NCBI GenBank assembly: GCA_001643675.2
Contig: LSRY02000016.1
Coordinates: 992,001-1,056,000, forward strand
Origin: Monocercomonoides exilis PA203
Taxonomy: Eukaryota; Protista; Preaxostyla
Length of the DNA: 64,000 nucleotides
Direction of reading: 5' to 3'
This document shows, piece after piece, positions 12,601 to 24,226 of the stretch. The position numbers and the translations under genes were made by a program. The notes under the pieces are model-generated. The model worked only from the letters and a program-made list of their open reading frames with translations, was not told the DNA's origin and did not search any database. How positions within the stretch are numbered: the stretch's first letter is position 1; each line of letters begins with the position of its first letter.

Positions 12601-15600
12601 TGTGAAATGCCGCTCGATAGAAGCACAGATCGCAGATGGGCAGTTTTTGCTGGACTTCAGAGCCCCATTTGTGAAAGACCTCGCAATATGGGGATGCACC
12701 TCAGACATGTATCTGGACGAAGAAGATCTGCTGAAGAGAATTGTGAAGTACCAGAGCGAGACGGTGTTTGTGTCTTCGGCCGGGGACAATCACGAGGACA
12801 GCAAGCAGTGCGGAGGGCTGGATGGGCCATGCAGCACGCTGAGCGAAGGGCTGCTGCACGTCATTCCGTCATTGTTCTCCCAGCTGCTGATCTCCAGCCG
12901 CACCGCCATCTTGAGCAGATGCAATGTGCTGAATGTCACCATCCGCTCGCTTGAATCGCCTTCGCCGGCGCAGGTGTTCCTCAACTCAACAATCCCATGT
13001 GGCAGCAGCATTATCACAACCTCAGAGAAAGTCCGGATCGAGAGCTTGTCGTTCTCTGTTGGCTCCTCCTTTTCGTTTTCAGGAGGATCACTCATCAGTG
13101 AGACAAATGGGCAGCTTTATCTTTCGTCAGTCCTTTTTGCATCTGAAGTGCCCTCAAACAGCATCCATCCCATTGCCTTCAACTCAGCTCTCCTGAGCGT
13201 TGAAAGCGGACTTCTGCTCATCGATAATTGCACCGTATTGGAAATTTCATTTGAGCAGCCAGTGTTCCGGCTGACTGGCAGCAGCAAGGTGTCTTTGGCA
13301 AAGGTGGATGTGAAGCAGGTTGAGTTGTCGTCCAATCTGTTTGAAGTTGGAGAGTGTGTAAGTGTGGTGATTGATGATGCAGCGGTGGATGGAGTGAAGT
13401 CTCGCAATGGCAGTGTCATTTCCATTTGCGAAGATATGTCGGGAGTTGTTTCCTTTGGCAGTTCTTCCATCAGAAACTTCAGTCGTGACTCTTTTGGTGC
13501 ATGCTTCCTTTCGGCATCTTCGCCTTCTGCCCGGATAAACCTGTCAAACTGCTCGTGCTCGGATTGTGTGTCGTTGTCGAAAAAAGGGAGCATTGTGGAT
13601 GTCAGCAGTGCACTTGTCATTTCTATGCAAATGTGCGAGCTTGTGGGGAGGCAAACAATTTCCAGCAGCGAAGAGAGTGTCTGCAAATGGAATGGATCGC
13701 TCATCAATTTGTCACATGCAGCAGCACTGATGAAGGATGTGACAATATCGAATTCGTCATCAGGAGGATTGTCGTTGGCAGCGGGCAGCATGACAATCGA
13801 GAAAGGCGAGTTTTATGACAACAGCCCCTCGATGCCGAAATACCCATCACTCCGCCGGAACGTCTTCTGCTGCGATTCGGCTTCGTTGGCAATTGACAGC
13901 TTGAAAGGCGGGGATGGCGTGAAGGACAACACTTCGTTGTGGATCACGAGCGAAGACTGCAGCTTGAAGGGTGCTGCACAGGGGCGACCCTCTCCGTTTT
14001 TCATTCCTCATCTGGAATCAGCAAGTCTGGCTGAATCTGGGAGCGAGGCCAATATCAAATTCATAGGATCGCTTTTCTTGCCATGCGATCTATCTTTCAA
14101 GTTGATATGCACAATCAACGATGTGGAGTTGGTTGAGAGGTATCCATTTGACGAAAATAGCTTTGTTTCTGAAACAGAAGTTGTTGGAACAATTCCGTCA
14201 GCAAAGTTAACATCAGATGCCGATGGGTCAGAACTCTCCACAGCAATTGAGTTTGGAAAATCTTCAGCTTCGACAAAATCATTCATTCTGAAGAACAGGA
14301 GTGTAACCCAAACAAGTGGAGATGAAAAGATTGTTGAAGGTGGAAAGAAAGAAAAATCATTTTGGCCAATTATTGTGATTGTGTGTGTTGTATTTGTTGT
14401 GCTTCTGCTTGCAATTGTTGTTATTCTGGCTGTTCGGTGGAAGAAGGTGAAGAATGAAGCAGAAGATCTGAGAGAGATTGTGAACGATAACATCAGAAAG
14501 GATCCAAAGGCGTTTGAGATGGTGACGATGGAGATGTCGCCTGAGGAGCAGTGGAGGAGAGCAGAAAGAGAGGCCGAGAAAAAGAATGAGGAGAGGATCA
14601 AGAAGAGAATATATGAGACGAATATGCAACATTCAGAATCATCGGAGCATCTTCTCTCTGAGAGCGGATCGACTGAATACATTCTTGGAAAAGATTCAGA
14701 CAAGATTCCTCAATGGGCACTGGAGAAAGATGAGGAAGAAGAGAAAGATACAAGAAAGAGAACGCCTTCACCTTCCATCTCTTCCACATCCACAACTGAT
14801 TCAGATTCAACATTTGTTCGAGGAGAGGATCTGTGTCCCACCACTTCATCAATGTCGAACTTGGTGGATGCAATGGCCTGCTCATCCCCTCATGAGAAAT
14901 TGATTGTGGATCTGAGGGATTCGCTGTTCATGCTGCTTCATGGAAGGAATGAGAAGAAAGAGATGGCGATTGGGAGTTTGAAGGAGAGGGAGCAGACAGT
15001 TGCCCAGATCCTGTTCTGGGTGGCCAATCTTGCGCTCCACTCCTTTGACGAAATGGAAAATGAGCTTTCCTCTTTGGCCAATCTCAGTCCCCACATTGTG
15101 CTGTTCTCAGAGCACATGGTCATCTGCATTGCCCTCCACTCCGACTGCTCGTCAGACTCTGACACTTCCTCCATCTCTTCAGCCTCCACCATGGTCACAT
15201 CTTCCTCTGATGTTTCTGTGAAGAGCGAGAGATTCACAAAATCACCACCTCCTTCATCCGCCTTTGAGGATGAGGATGACAACAGAAAAGAGTGCATGAG
15301 GTGGAAGGCGCCAGAGCTGCTGATCAACAAGAAGCTTGGAGCAACAAAGGAGTCGGTTGCCTTCTCGATTGGGATGATGTTGTGGGAGTGCCTTACGCTC
15401 CAGATCCCATTTGGGGAGTACGAGGCAGAGGTGGCAGGACAGAAGATTGTGAATGGAGAACGACCTATCATGGGAATTGCTGAAAAGAACCCATTTTCTG
15501 GCTGCGTTCTGTCGTGCCTGGACAGCAATGCCCCAGCAAGGCCAACACTTGTCGGCCTCAAGCGCGAGTTCATCCAGCACTTTCCTGCAGGCGCAGCTGT

Positions 15601-15709
15601 GCTCACGATGTCTGATGCAATTGGCTACGCTTATTCGAGCAGCAGCGGCAGTCGGCGCAAGGCTTCTGGGGCAGAGTCCGAAGGGAGCGGCTCTGGAAGT
15701 ATTTTATGA
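6618..15709 (+). CDS. Giant receptor-like beta-helix protein with TM helix and pseudokinase tail, paralogue B (~3030 aa if joined); split by a 1-nt frameshift at 10632-10636
   Basis: ORFs 6450..10649 and 10646..15709 overlap, and one extra T in the T5 run joins them (NSPFFFGEELNMKTEEWSM, aligning with APFVLSEEVAVPEGEWRM of paralogue C). Signal-like start MIVLFNFALLLALS at 6618, GGAI/FxxC repeats, TM WPIIVIVCVVFVVLLLAIVVILAV, kinase C-lobe-like RWKAPE...FSIGMMLWE...RPT. Confidence 0.85.
8244..10303. repeat. Right arm of the large inverted repeat (partner 1-2060)
   Basis: Reverse complement of window 1-2060. The repeat may extend further, beyond the window start. Confidence 0.95.
14318..15350 (+). 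repeat. ~1 kb near-identical TM + cytoplasmic segment shared with 57666-58698
   Basis: Direct repeat at offset 43348. Long identical nucleotide runs from GGAGATGAAA (GDE.IVEGG) to GCAACAAAGGAG (ATKES). Confidence 0.93.
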
Positions 15710-17016
15710 GAACTGCATTTCAGCAAAAGGATTGCAAAGTGCAAATGGAATCTGGGGCATTTATCAGGAACAGTAATGACATTTGCATTTGCAATCTGTA
15801 CTTATGCGCCATTAATAGGGGGGTGAATGGTTGTGTTTCTGCTTTTGTTGGGCGTGGCAAGAGGCGTTTTGCACCATTTTCAAAGCAAAAATGGAACTTT
15901 TCTTTTTTCATGTTTATTTGTTCGTTTTCTGTTTATAATTCTTATGACTTGAAAGCCCGCACCAGCAAAAGCATGGAACATTTCTCTGTGGCGTTATAAA
16001 TAGAATATGTGCTGCTCTCCGAGAAATTTTTTAAGAATAAAATATTATTTTCAAAGATATTGAAAATTCATCAAATTTCTATCAAACTTTTGTTGCTTTA
16101 CAAGAATATGAAAAGCAGTGCTTTTATAATCTTCAACGCAGGATATTTCCTTTTCGAGCAAATATAATAATTTGTTATTGTCAAAGCATATGTTCAATTT
16201 TCAATTCAGAGAAGCTCGGATTCGATGGCGTCGCTTAAAACCAAGATCTCAAGAAAAAATATTTCTTCTTTATTTATGAAATATTGCTGGTTAAAGGATG
16301 CAACATGAATTGTTAAAAAATGCCATTAAAGCTGCTTTTCAATAAATATTCTGAAAAAAATCTGATTATGATGTCATATTAATAACAATCATTTGCGCAC
16401 TCATTTTTGTTTTGAATGTAATTCATTCAATTTGGTTTTTGAAATTATTGTTAAAATATTTCTCTGACAAAAAGCCTTATATACCAAAACATATAGCTAA
16501 ACAAAGAAAAATTTAAGGGCTTGCTATTATTCATCGAGTAATTTTGCAAAACTATCAATCAAGCAAACAAAATCAAAATTGAAAACATCAAAATATTTTA
16601 TGGGTTTGTTCAATAAAGATGAACTTCAAAATTATCGATTTCTCACAAAAGATATTTCATATGCGCTTGCATATTTTTGTTTCAATAATAATAAACTTTT
16701 TCATAACACATAAATAAAGTTTTTGTTTGATATTCAGCTTTTCAAGAAATTAAATCATAGAAGTCTTTTAATCCTCTCTTGCCTGCATTTGCTGTTGAGT
16801 GTGTAATATGAATAATGATGTCAATTAAAATTTAAGTATATATATATATATATATTTAAAAAAATGGTGAATTCTCCTATTTTAAAAATAGTTTCAATAT
16901 TTTGAAAAACATCAATCAAAATTACAAAAAATAAAAAAAAATTTTTTTTGAATAAATAATATCACAAGGCACATGGATTAAGGAATAACCTTTTTTTTTA
17001 ACAAAAACAAAAATAA

Positions 17017-20000
17017 TCAAAAGTTACTGTGGTAATTAATAACAACTGGCTGTTCTTTTTTCCACACAGCAAACAGCACGTGCTGTATGTGATGGGACAG
17101 ATTCAAAGGAATGCCATTGCAAGAAAGCGTCAGCGAGGCATGAGACAAAGGAAAAGGGAGAGAGTGTACATGCTTATGAAATGGCACCGGGATGGTGGAA
17201 TAAGAAAACGGAGAATAAGAAGAAGAATAAGAAGATGAAGATGATGATGTTATTGAAGTGCTTTTTGAATTTATCGTGCTGGAAGGCGAGAAAAATGCAT
17301 TTCGTTTTTTCCTTTGCGAGCTCATTTCCCCTTCTCCCTCCGCTCTTCCATCGTTCGCTTTATTCGCCTGTGCGCTCTGCTCAAAAGCAGGCTGTGCTTC
17401 ATTCAGCAGGAGAAAGTGATGGAACAGGAATGAATGCAGCGTCGCCACAAGAAGATGCTCATCAACTGTGAATGTGAAGGTGCCAATGTCCGGAAAGCAC
17501 GACTCAGAATCGCCTAGAAGAAACGAGGAATCTTCTTGCCTTGATTCTTGCTCTGATGTGGAAGAAGGAGAAGGAGAAAGAGAAGGAGAAGGAGAAAGAG
17601 AAGGTGAAGGTGAAGGGGTTGAAGGAAGCAGATGTGAATGCGCCAGAGGAGAAATGGTGGACATGAGCGACGTCGATATCTGAATGCGCTGAGAGTCTGA
17701 GTCATCGCCATTGAAACCAGCAGCAGCAGCAGAAGAAGAAGAAGCTCCATTTTCAGAGGAAACAGACTCACCTTCTGTCTGAATCGCCTCCAGCATGTTC
17801 TCCTTCCGCTCTCTTTCTCTCGTCCACACACGCACTTTCTCTGGCACCGACGGCGAGTGCTTCAGAACCACACACACAGGAAACCGCTGCGTCTGGTGCT
17901 CGCCTTTGAGGAGGCTGAGCGCAATCCAGCGGGGAATGAGCCTGGGAAGCGGCAGAAGAAGATGGTCGATCAGGAAGTTCGGGTTTCTTTGCGAAACGTA
18001 TGAAGAAGAAGACGTGTATGAGAAGATGGAAGGCGGGATCAGAGCTTGCGAAGAGCTGTGTGCGGATGCAGGGGCAAAGGAGTACTGGAGCGAGGAAGAA
18101 GAGAAGAACGGGGTGAGCAGCTGGGCTGGCGGGGAAGCCATCAGCGTTGGGTTGCAGTAAGGGAAAGGGGCGTGGCTCAAGGTGATGTTGGAGTAGCCAA
18201 CAGCAGGCGAAGCACAGGTGAAGGAGAAAGAGGACAAGTCATCGTCAGGAATGACCGAGGCAAAGCGGTGTGAGGTTGTGGTGGACGGGGAGGGGAGAGC
18301 AAATGGGACGTCTGCTATTTCTCGCAGGGTGGAGCGGAAGAGGATGCGGTTCTTGTGGTCGAAGGCGCTGATGAGTGTGGAGGGTGGGAATATCTGGTGG
18401 TTTGTGATTGGGATGAGGAAAAAAAAAAAGAATAATTAGGTTAGTGAAATGTTTAGTTTCAGTATTTTATTTTTATTTTTAGGAAGAGAGAAGAAGAATT
18501 ATTTTTGCATAAACATAAAAAAAAAAAAATGATAATGAATTAATAAAAAAAGACGCAAAGGACATACAAAGTTTTGCAACGTCTGAGAAAGAGATGTGTT
18601 TGATAATTCAGCATTTTCAGTTGATTTTCTTTGGCGTGAATGTGAAGTCACAAATTCCTTCCACCAAACAGGCAATGCTGAAAGATCAATGGAAAAGACA
18701 TAAAATGGAATAAGCAAGTATTCCATCATTCAATCAGAATTCACAAGAATTGCGCAAAAAAACAAAGAAAATATTTGAATAATAATATAAAAACCAATTG
18801 CAATAATGATGATGATGACAATTAAAATAAAATAAAAAACACACATTTTTCTTTCTCTTCCATCGGATTCCATGTTTCAAACAGGTTCATCAAACATTCT
18901 TCCCCCAAATTCATCAGAACGCAATCATCTTCTTCAATATCATCATCTTCATCCTTTTCATCATCATCTTCTTCTTCTTCTTCTTCCTCTTCTCCATCAA
19001 CATCTTGATTGCCATTGCCATATTCTTCTCCTTCACTCAATTTCTTCCCTCCTTCTAAATTATTCCTTCCTTCAACATTTCTGTTCCTGTTCCTGTTCTT
19101 TTGATCATCCTCTGCAACCCCATCATCATCGCAGTTACCTCCACTTTCCTTCCTCCCTTTCAACCCTCCCTTTCTCTTTCTCTCTCTTCTTTCCCCTTTT
19201 GAATGAAGAAGCTCAGAACTCGAATGCTCTGTTGAAGATGTGATATTTTGCTCATCAGATGATGCTGGTGCATTAACAGCAGCGTCGTTGTGATCGAAGT
19301 ATTGATATTCGCTTTCAGAGCGAGGGAAGATGGGGAATGCGCAGCGGAAACACTCGGGGAGTTCTAAGGTGATGGTGAGGCGCTAAAGTTAAAAGAAATG
19401 ACATATAAAGGTGAAAAGTATTATTTGAAAGGGAATAAATAGAAAACAAAGGAAAGATGAGGAAAAGATAATATTTATATATGAATTAATAATAAATATA
19501 ATAATAAAAGATAGAATTCAAAAGCAGTAAAATCACATTTATTCTTTCCTCAAAGATATTTTGCTCATGTCACACTCACACATACACATACACACACACA
19601 CCCCAGTTCTCGTATCTGCTGTGAACCACTTGTGTCTGTAGATATTGTTCTGATAGTGTTTCCACAGCGGTCCTTCCACTTTCGGGAACAGAAACTTCGC
19701 CAGCTCGCTGATTGGCATCCGGCGCCTGTGCAACTTCCTCCAAATGCGCTGCAGCTGAGCCAAGTCAACTTCCACTTCGTCGTCTCTCTTCCCGTTTTTC
19801 ACTGCACTCTGCAGAGATAACTCTGGGCGCAGCTCAAAAGCGGTTTGGGGGTGGCGGGAGGATCTGTACAGGGAAGAGGCAGCAGAAATAGAAGAAGAAT
19901 TAGCAGCATTTGCTGTATTGCGGGCAGAAGACGACAAAGACATAGACAAAGGAGATCGAGAGCGGGAGCGAGAATTGGATTGAGAATGTGAATGCGAATG

Positions 20001-22426
20001 CGAATGAGAACGAGAGCGAGAATGAGATTTGGATTTGGATTGGGAATGGGAACGGGAATGCGAACGCAGAGTGGAGAGAGAAGAAGGAGCCGGGGACGAA
20101 GACAGCGACGATGACGAGGCAGACAGCGGAGATGGCACCATCGTCATTGACGACGATGGCCCAGCAGCGATTGCTCGGAATGGCCTGTTCACTTGCTCGT
20201 CCCTCGCTGCTTCCTCCATCGCATCGTCAAACAGCCCATCTGCTTTCCCCTCTGCAATCACCTGGTCCTTCAGCTTCTCAGCTGACGTCTTCTTCCTCTT
20301 CCACACTTTCACCTCTTTCCCTGTCACTGCATTCACCACCTTCACATGGCTCACCCCGCTTGCTCCATCGCCTCCCACCACGACTGCCACGTGCTCTTCA
20401 TCGGGAAGAGTCACATGCTGCTTCAAGGGAGCATCTGGGCAGACAATGCGCAGAGGGTTCTTGAAGCGCGGCTGGTTGCGGGAGGTGAAGGTGGGCTGAG
20501 AGAGAGAAAGAGAAGATTCAATAAATAAATAAACATTTAAAAGGAAAAAAAAAATATCATGGAATTTAATAAATTGAAAAAAGGTTTTTGTTCAACATTT
20601 TTCCAAACGCATTTCCAACACAACAAAAATCCTCAAAAATAAGAATCACATTCAAAACAACCCTACTCCATTCGCAAAACAAAAAAAAAAAAAAATATTA
20701 ATTTTTTCTTTCTTTCTTCTTCTTCTTGATCAACACTCATCCCATGAACACACCCACAATTCAATCGTCCCCACTGATGTTGCCACCACCAGCAGGTCTT
20801 CCTTCTTTCCGTGCATCACACGCGGCACCAGCGCCAAGCTCAGCACAGACACCTCTTCTTCATCATCAGCCATATCACCCACATCATCAATATCCTCGTT
20901 TTCTGTCCTCCACGTGTCTGACTCTTCACTTTGATCAGCATTTTTCATTCGTTCTTTTTCTCTTTCTTTTTCTTTCTCTTTCTCTTTTCCATTTCTGTTA
21001 TCTTTTTCCTCATTCTCCTTCTCCTTCTTCTCTCCTTCTTCATTCTCCCCCTTCAACTCCACTTCCGAACGTGAATCACTTCTTTCTCTTCCCTCTCTTC
21101 TTGCACTTCTGCTTCTATGCGCCTCCCTCTTCTGCTGTCTCTGCTGCCTCTGCAGCTCCTTCCTCCTCCTCCTCTGCTCCTTCATCCTCCTTCTCCTGTC
21201 CTGCTTCTTCAGCTGCTTCATAATCTCCACCATTCTCTTTCTCTTCGGCCGGAGCGAATGCACTTTGAAGATGGGGAAGGCCAGCATGTGGTGTTGCAGC
21301 ACAATTGGCGCGGAAAGCGGCGGGCGAATGACAATCGAACGGGACTTCTTCGACGCGGACTCGGCGGGGCGGCTGGTGAGGCGATCGACTGGAATGGAAG
21401 AGGAAGAGGAAGAAGAGGAAGAATTGACAGAAGAGGAGGAAGAGGAAGATGCTGTTGTTGGGCGATATCCTTCTAAAGTGACAGTGTTCTGTGTTTGTGG
21501 AGATGAAGTGGATGAAGCTGCTGAAGAGGAGGAAGAGGAAGAAAGAGGAGGGAAAGCAGAAGTCTGAGACACAGCTGGTATTTGAGACTGAATTGCTGAA
21601 GATGAAGCAGAAGGAAATAGATTTGCCTCGGAAGTTGTTGTTAAAGAAGCATTTGCTGCATTTGCTGCATCTGTCGCTGTCTGAAGAGCATACTGATTTC
21701 CGCCAGTAACATTCGCATTCTGTGAAATGGTGTCAGCTGCCTTTGGCTGTTTGAATATAGTGAACGGCGACATCGATGAATGAGACAGTTTTGAGGAGGA
21801 AGACTTTGAAGAAGAGGAAGAAGAAGAAGAGGACGATGTGGTGAGGATCGATTCCATGTCTGAGTGCAGCAGCGACGGCTTCATTTCTCTTTCAAACCTC
21901 TTCTCCTCCACCAGCCTCTGCCTCTCCGCCCTCTCCTCGTCGCTCTCGTCCTCCCACATCTTCCCTGTCTCTTCGTCGTCAAACGCTGTGAGTCTCACTG
22001 CTCCGCTTTTGTGTCCTGTCCATATCCGCCGTGTGACCTCGTCCGCGCATATGCACCAGATCGGGTCAGGCTTCGCACTCGGAGCAGAAAACCCAGCCGA
22101 CCCCAGGTGCTGCAGCTGCTGGATCTTTTTGTCTTCCTCGCGCCGCTTGTTCCGCGCTCGCACCTGCTCCCGCTTTTCGCGCCGGCGCCGCTCTCTTTCC
22201 TTCTGCCGCTCAGCCCCGTCTGTTCGTTTTCTGGACGGTTTTTTGCCTGGCGAGCTTCCGTCCTCCTCTTCTTCCTCGTCGAAGTCGTCGTCTTCCAGCG
22301 CGTCTTCGGCGTATCCGTCGTCGTCGTCGTCCACATCTTCAACGGTGAACGGAATGCACACGATGCACTTGTACTTTTCGGTGCTCCAAATACGCAAACA
22401 TCCATCGCTGCATCCAGTTAGAAGCT

Positions 22427-22460
<34 letters not shown>

Positions 22461-23339
22461 AAATTATTTATTTTTCATTGAAAAAAAATTAAAAATAATT
22501 TTCAAACAAGAATAATATAATAACATTCATACAAATTTATCATCTGCGGAAAATATCATTGCCTTTACCAAATCTGGATGTTTTAGTGGTTGATAATATT
22601 CTGTTTTTACAGTATCTAACAAAAGAACATCTCCGCTCACCGTTGAGAATGCGATGCTTCTCTCGTTGTGAGACAGCGTCATTGAATGGATGCTGCGTTG
22701 GCTATTCTGTGGTCGCGCGAAACATGTTATTTCTTCAGGTTTGTAGATAAGTGAGTCAACAGAGTCAACTGGTAACCATCTGTAAACTTTACCATCCATT
22801 CCTCCAGAATAAAAAATTTTGGACTTTGAACATGATGCAACACTTTTGACTCCTTGCTTATGTCCCCTTAAAGTTGAAAGAAGTGCTCCATTCGTCATAT
22901 CCCAAATTTGAATGGTTTTATCTGTCGAAGCAGAAACCACTGAAAATAAAAATTTATTCATTAAGAATTTCAGGAAATTAAAAAAAGAATACTTATATTT
23001 CCATCCAGAAATGTTATTGCATTGACCCAATCCAGATGTCCATCACAAGACATTTTACAACGAATTTCTTCAAATTCCTGGAATATAAAAAAGAATAAAT
23101 ACTCAATACTTCATTTTAAAGCGCATGCAAACATTAGGTATCGCCCATGACTTAATAGAACCGTCTCTACTTCCTGTGATAATTGAATTTGTTTCATGAT
23201 GATATAAAACAGAGTTCACAGGCAAGCAATGATGTGCTCCTTCCCTTGGCAGAGTAAACGACAATTTGTGATGATCATAATTACGCTTTGTTGCAACTAA
23301 CTGAATTGATTCGTCCGCTGCTTCAAGATAGGCTTTCAT
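17017..23339 (-). CDS. WDR48: WD repeat-containing protein 48 (USP1-associated factor 1), multi-exon, with large low-complexity insertions
   Basis: Spliced pieces match the WDR48 layout: KLSFTLP...VNSV...TGSRDGSIKSW; HLDWVNAI; SASTDKTIQIWD; LLTGCSDGCLRIW; KWFTADTRTG/RLTITLE; NLGEECLMNLFETW; C-terminal LSCNGIPL...VWKKEQPVVINY. About 7 GT-AG introns (approx. 23078-23131, 22941-22993, 22425-22532, 20497-20752, 19383-19602, 18678-18845, 18394-18566). Confidence 0.85.
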
Positions 23340-23554
23340 TGAAACAGGAACTCTTGTTATGGTTAAGTTGGGATTTATTCAATATGATTTAAAAGATTAC
23401 TGTATGTTATAAATTATTCAAAAATATTGGAAATGTTGTTTTATATTCTTCAAGGAAATGAAATGAAAAGTTGGAAACTGAAACAATAAAATTTTTTGAA
23501 GTGTTAAATTATTTTTGAAATGAACAAAGAAGAAATATGTCATTCACATTAACA

Positions 23555-24178
23555 TTAGCTACTTGATGCTTCAGGTTTTTTTTGATATGTTGCTCTGATT
23601 CTTTCCAATTCTGCTTGTTGTTTCTTTTGATCTAATTTCTTTGTCATCTTGGCCTGACTGTAATACAAAACAACAAGATACCTTAAAAAGTTCAAAAAGA
23701 AATGTATGCAACAATTAATGATTAAGAAAAAAACGAAATTCTGTTCAAACCTGTTTGAAACATTAAATCCAGACAAATGCTCGCATGCATTCTTTGCATC
23801 ATAAATATCTTCATAAATAACAAAAGCCGTTCCTTTTGTATCCGGAGAACTTCCCCTGTGCAAAATTAATAACTTTTCAATTTGTGCAAAGAATAAAAAT
23901 GTTCATACACTCGAATTTGTCTAATGGCTCCATATTGACCAAATAATTCTTCAAATATCAATTATTCATGTAATATAAAAATACGGATATTTAAAATTAA
24001 CATCATTCAAACTGTACATCTCTTCAGAAGTAAATTTAAAAGGTAAATTTCGAACAAAAAGGATTCTGTTAACTTCTGGAGCTAATCGTTCCTAAACGAA
24101 TTCATAGTAAAGAATAACATTTTATGGATTGTTAAAAACAATTTGATAAGCTACCTGTGCTTTTGCTCTCACGCTCAT
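23555..24178 (-). CDS. SF3B6: Splicing factor 3B subunit 6 (p14 branch-site RRM protein), 5 exons
   Basis: Spliced translation [79 protein letters not shown] is the typical p14 sequence. Four GT-AG introns. Confidence 0.95.
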
Positions 24179-24226
24179 TGAATAAAATGGAAGTTACGGA
24201 TCTTATAACCTTTATAAAAAATATGA

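Noticed and set aside
11944-15606. Long antisense ORFs (e.g. 11944..12789, 14008..14703, also 53915..54835 and 56900..58051)
   Set aside because: In-register shadows of the sense receptor ORFs caused by codon bias. No independent motifs.
19570-19602. (CA)n tract and other short tandem repeats as a CRISPR or structured array
   Set aside because: Simple intronic microsatellites with no repeat-spacer structure. No tRNA, rRNA or CRISPR was recognised in the window.
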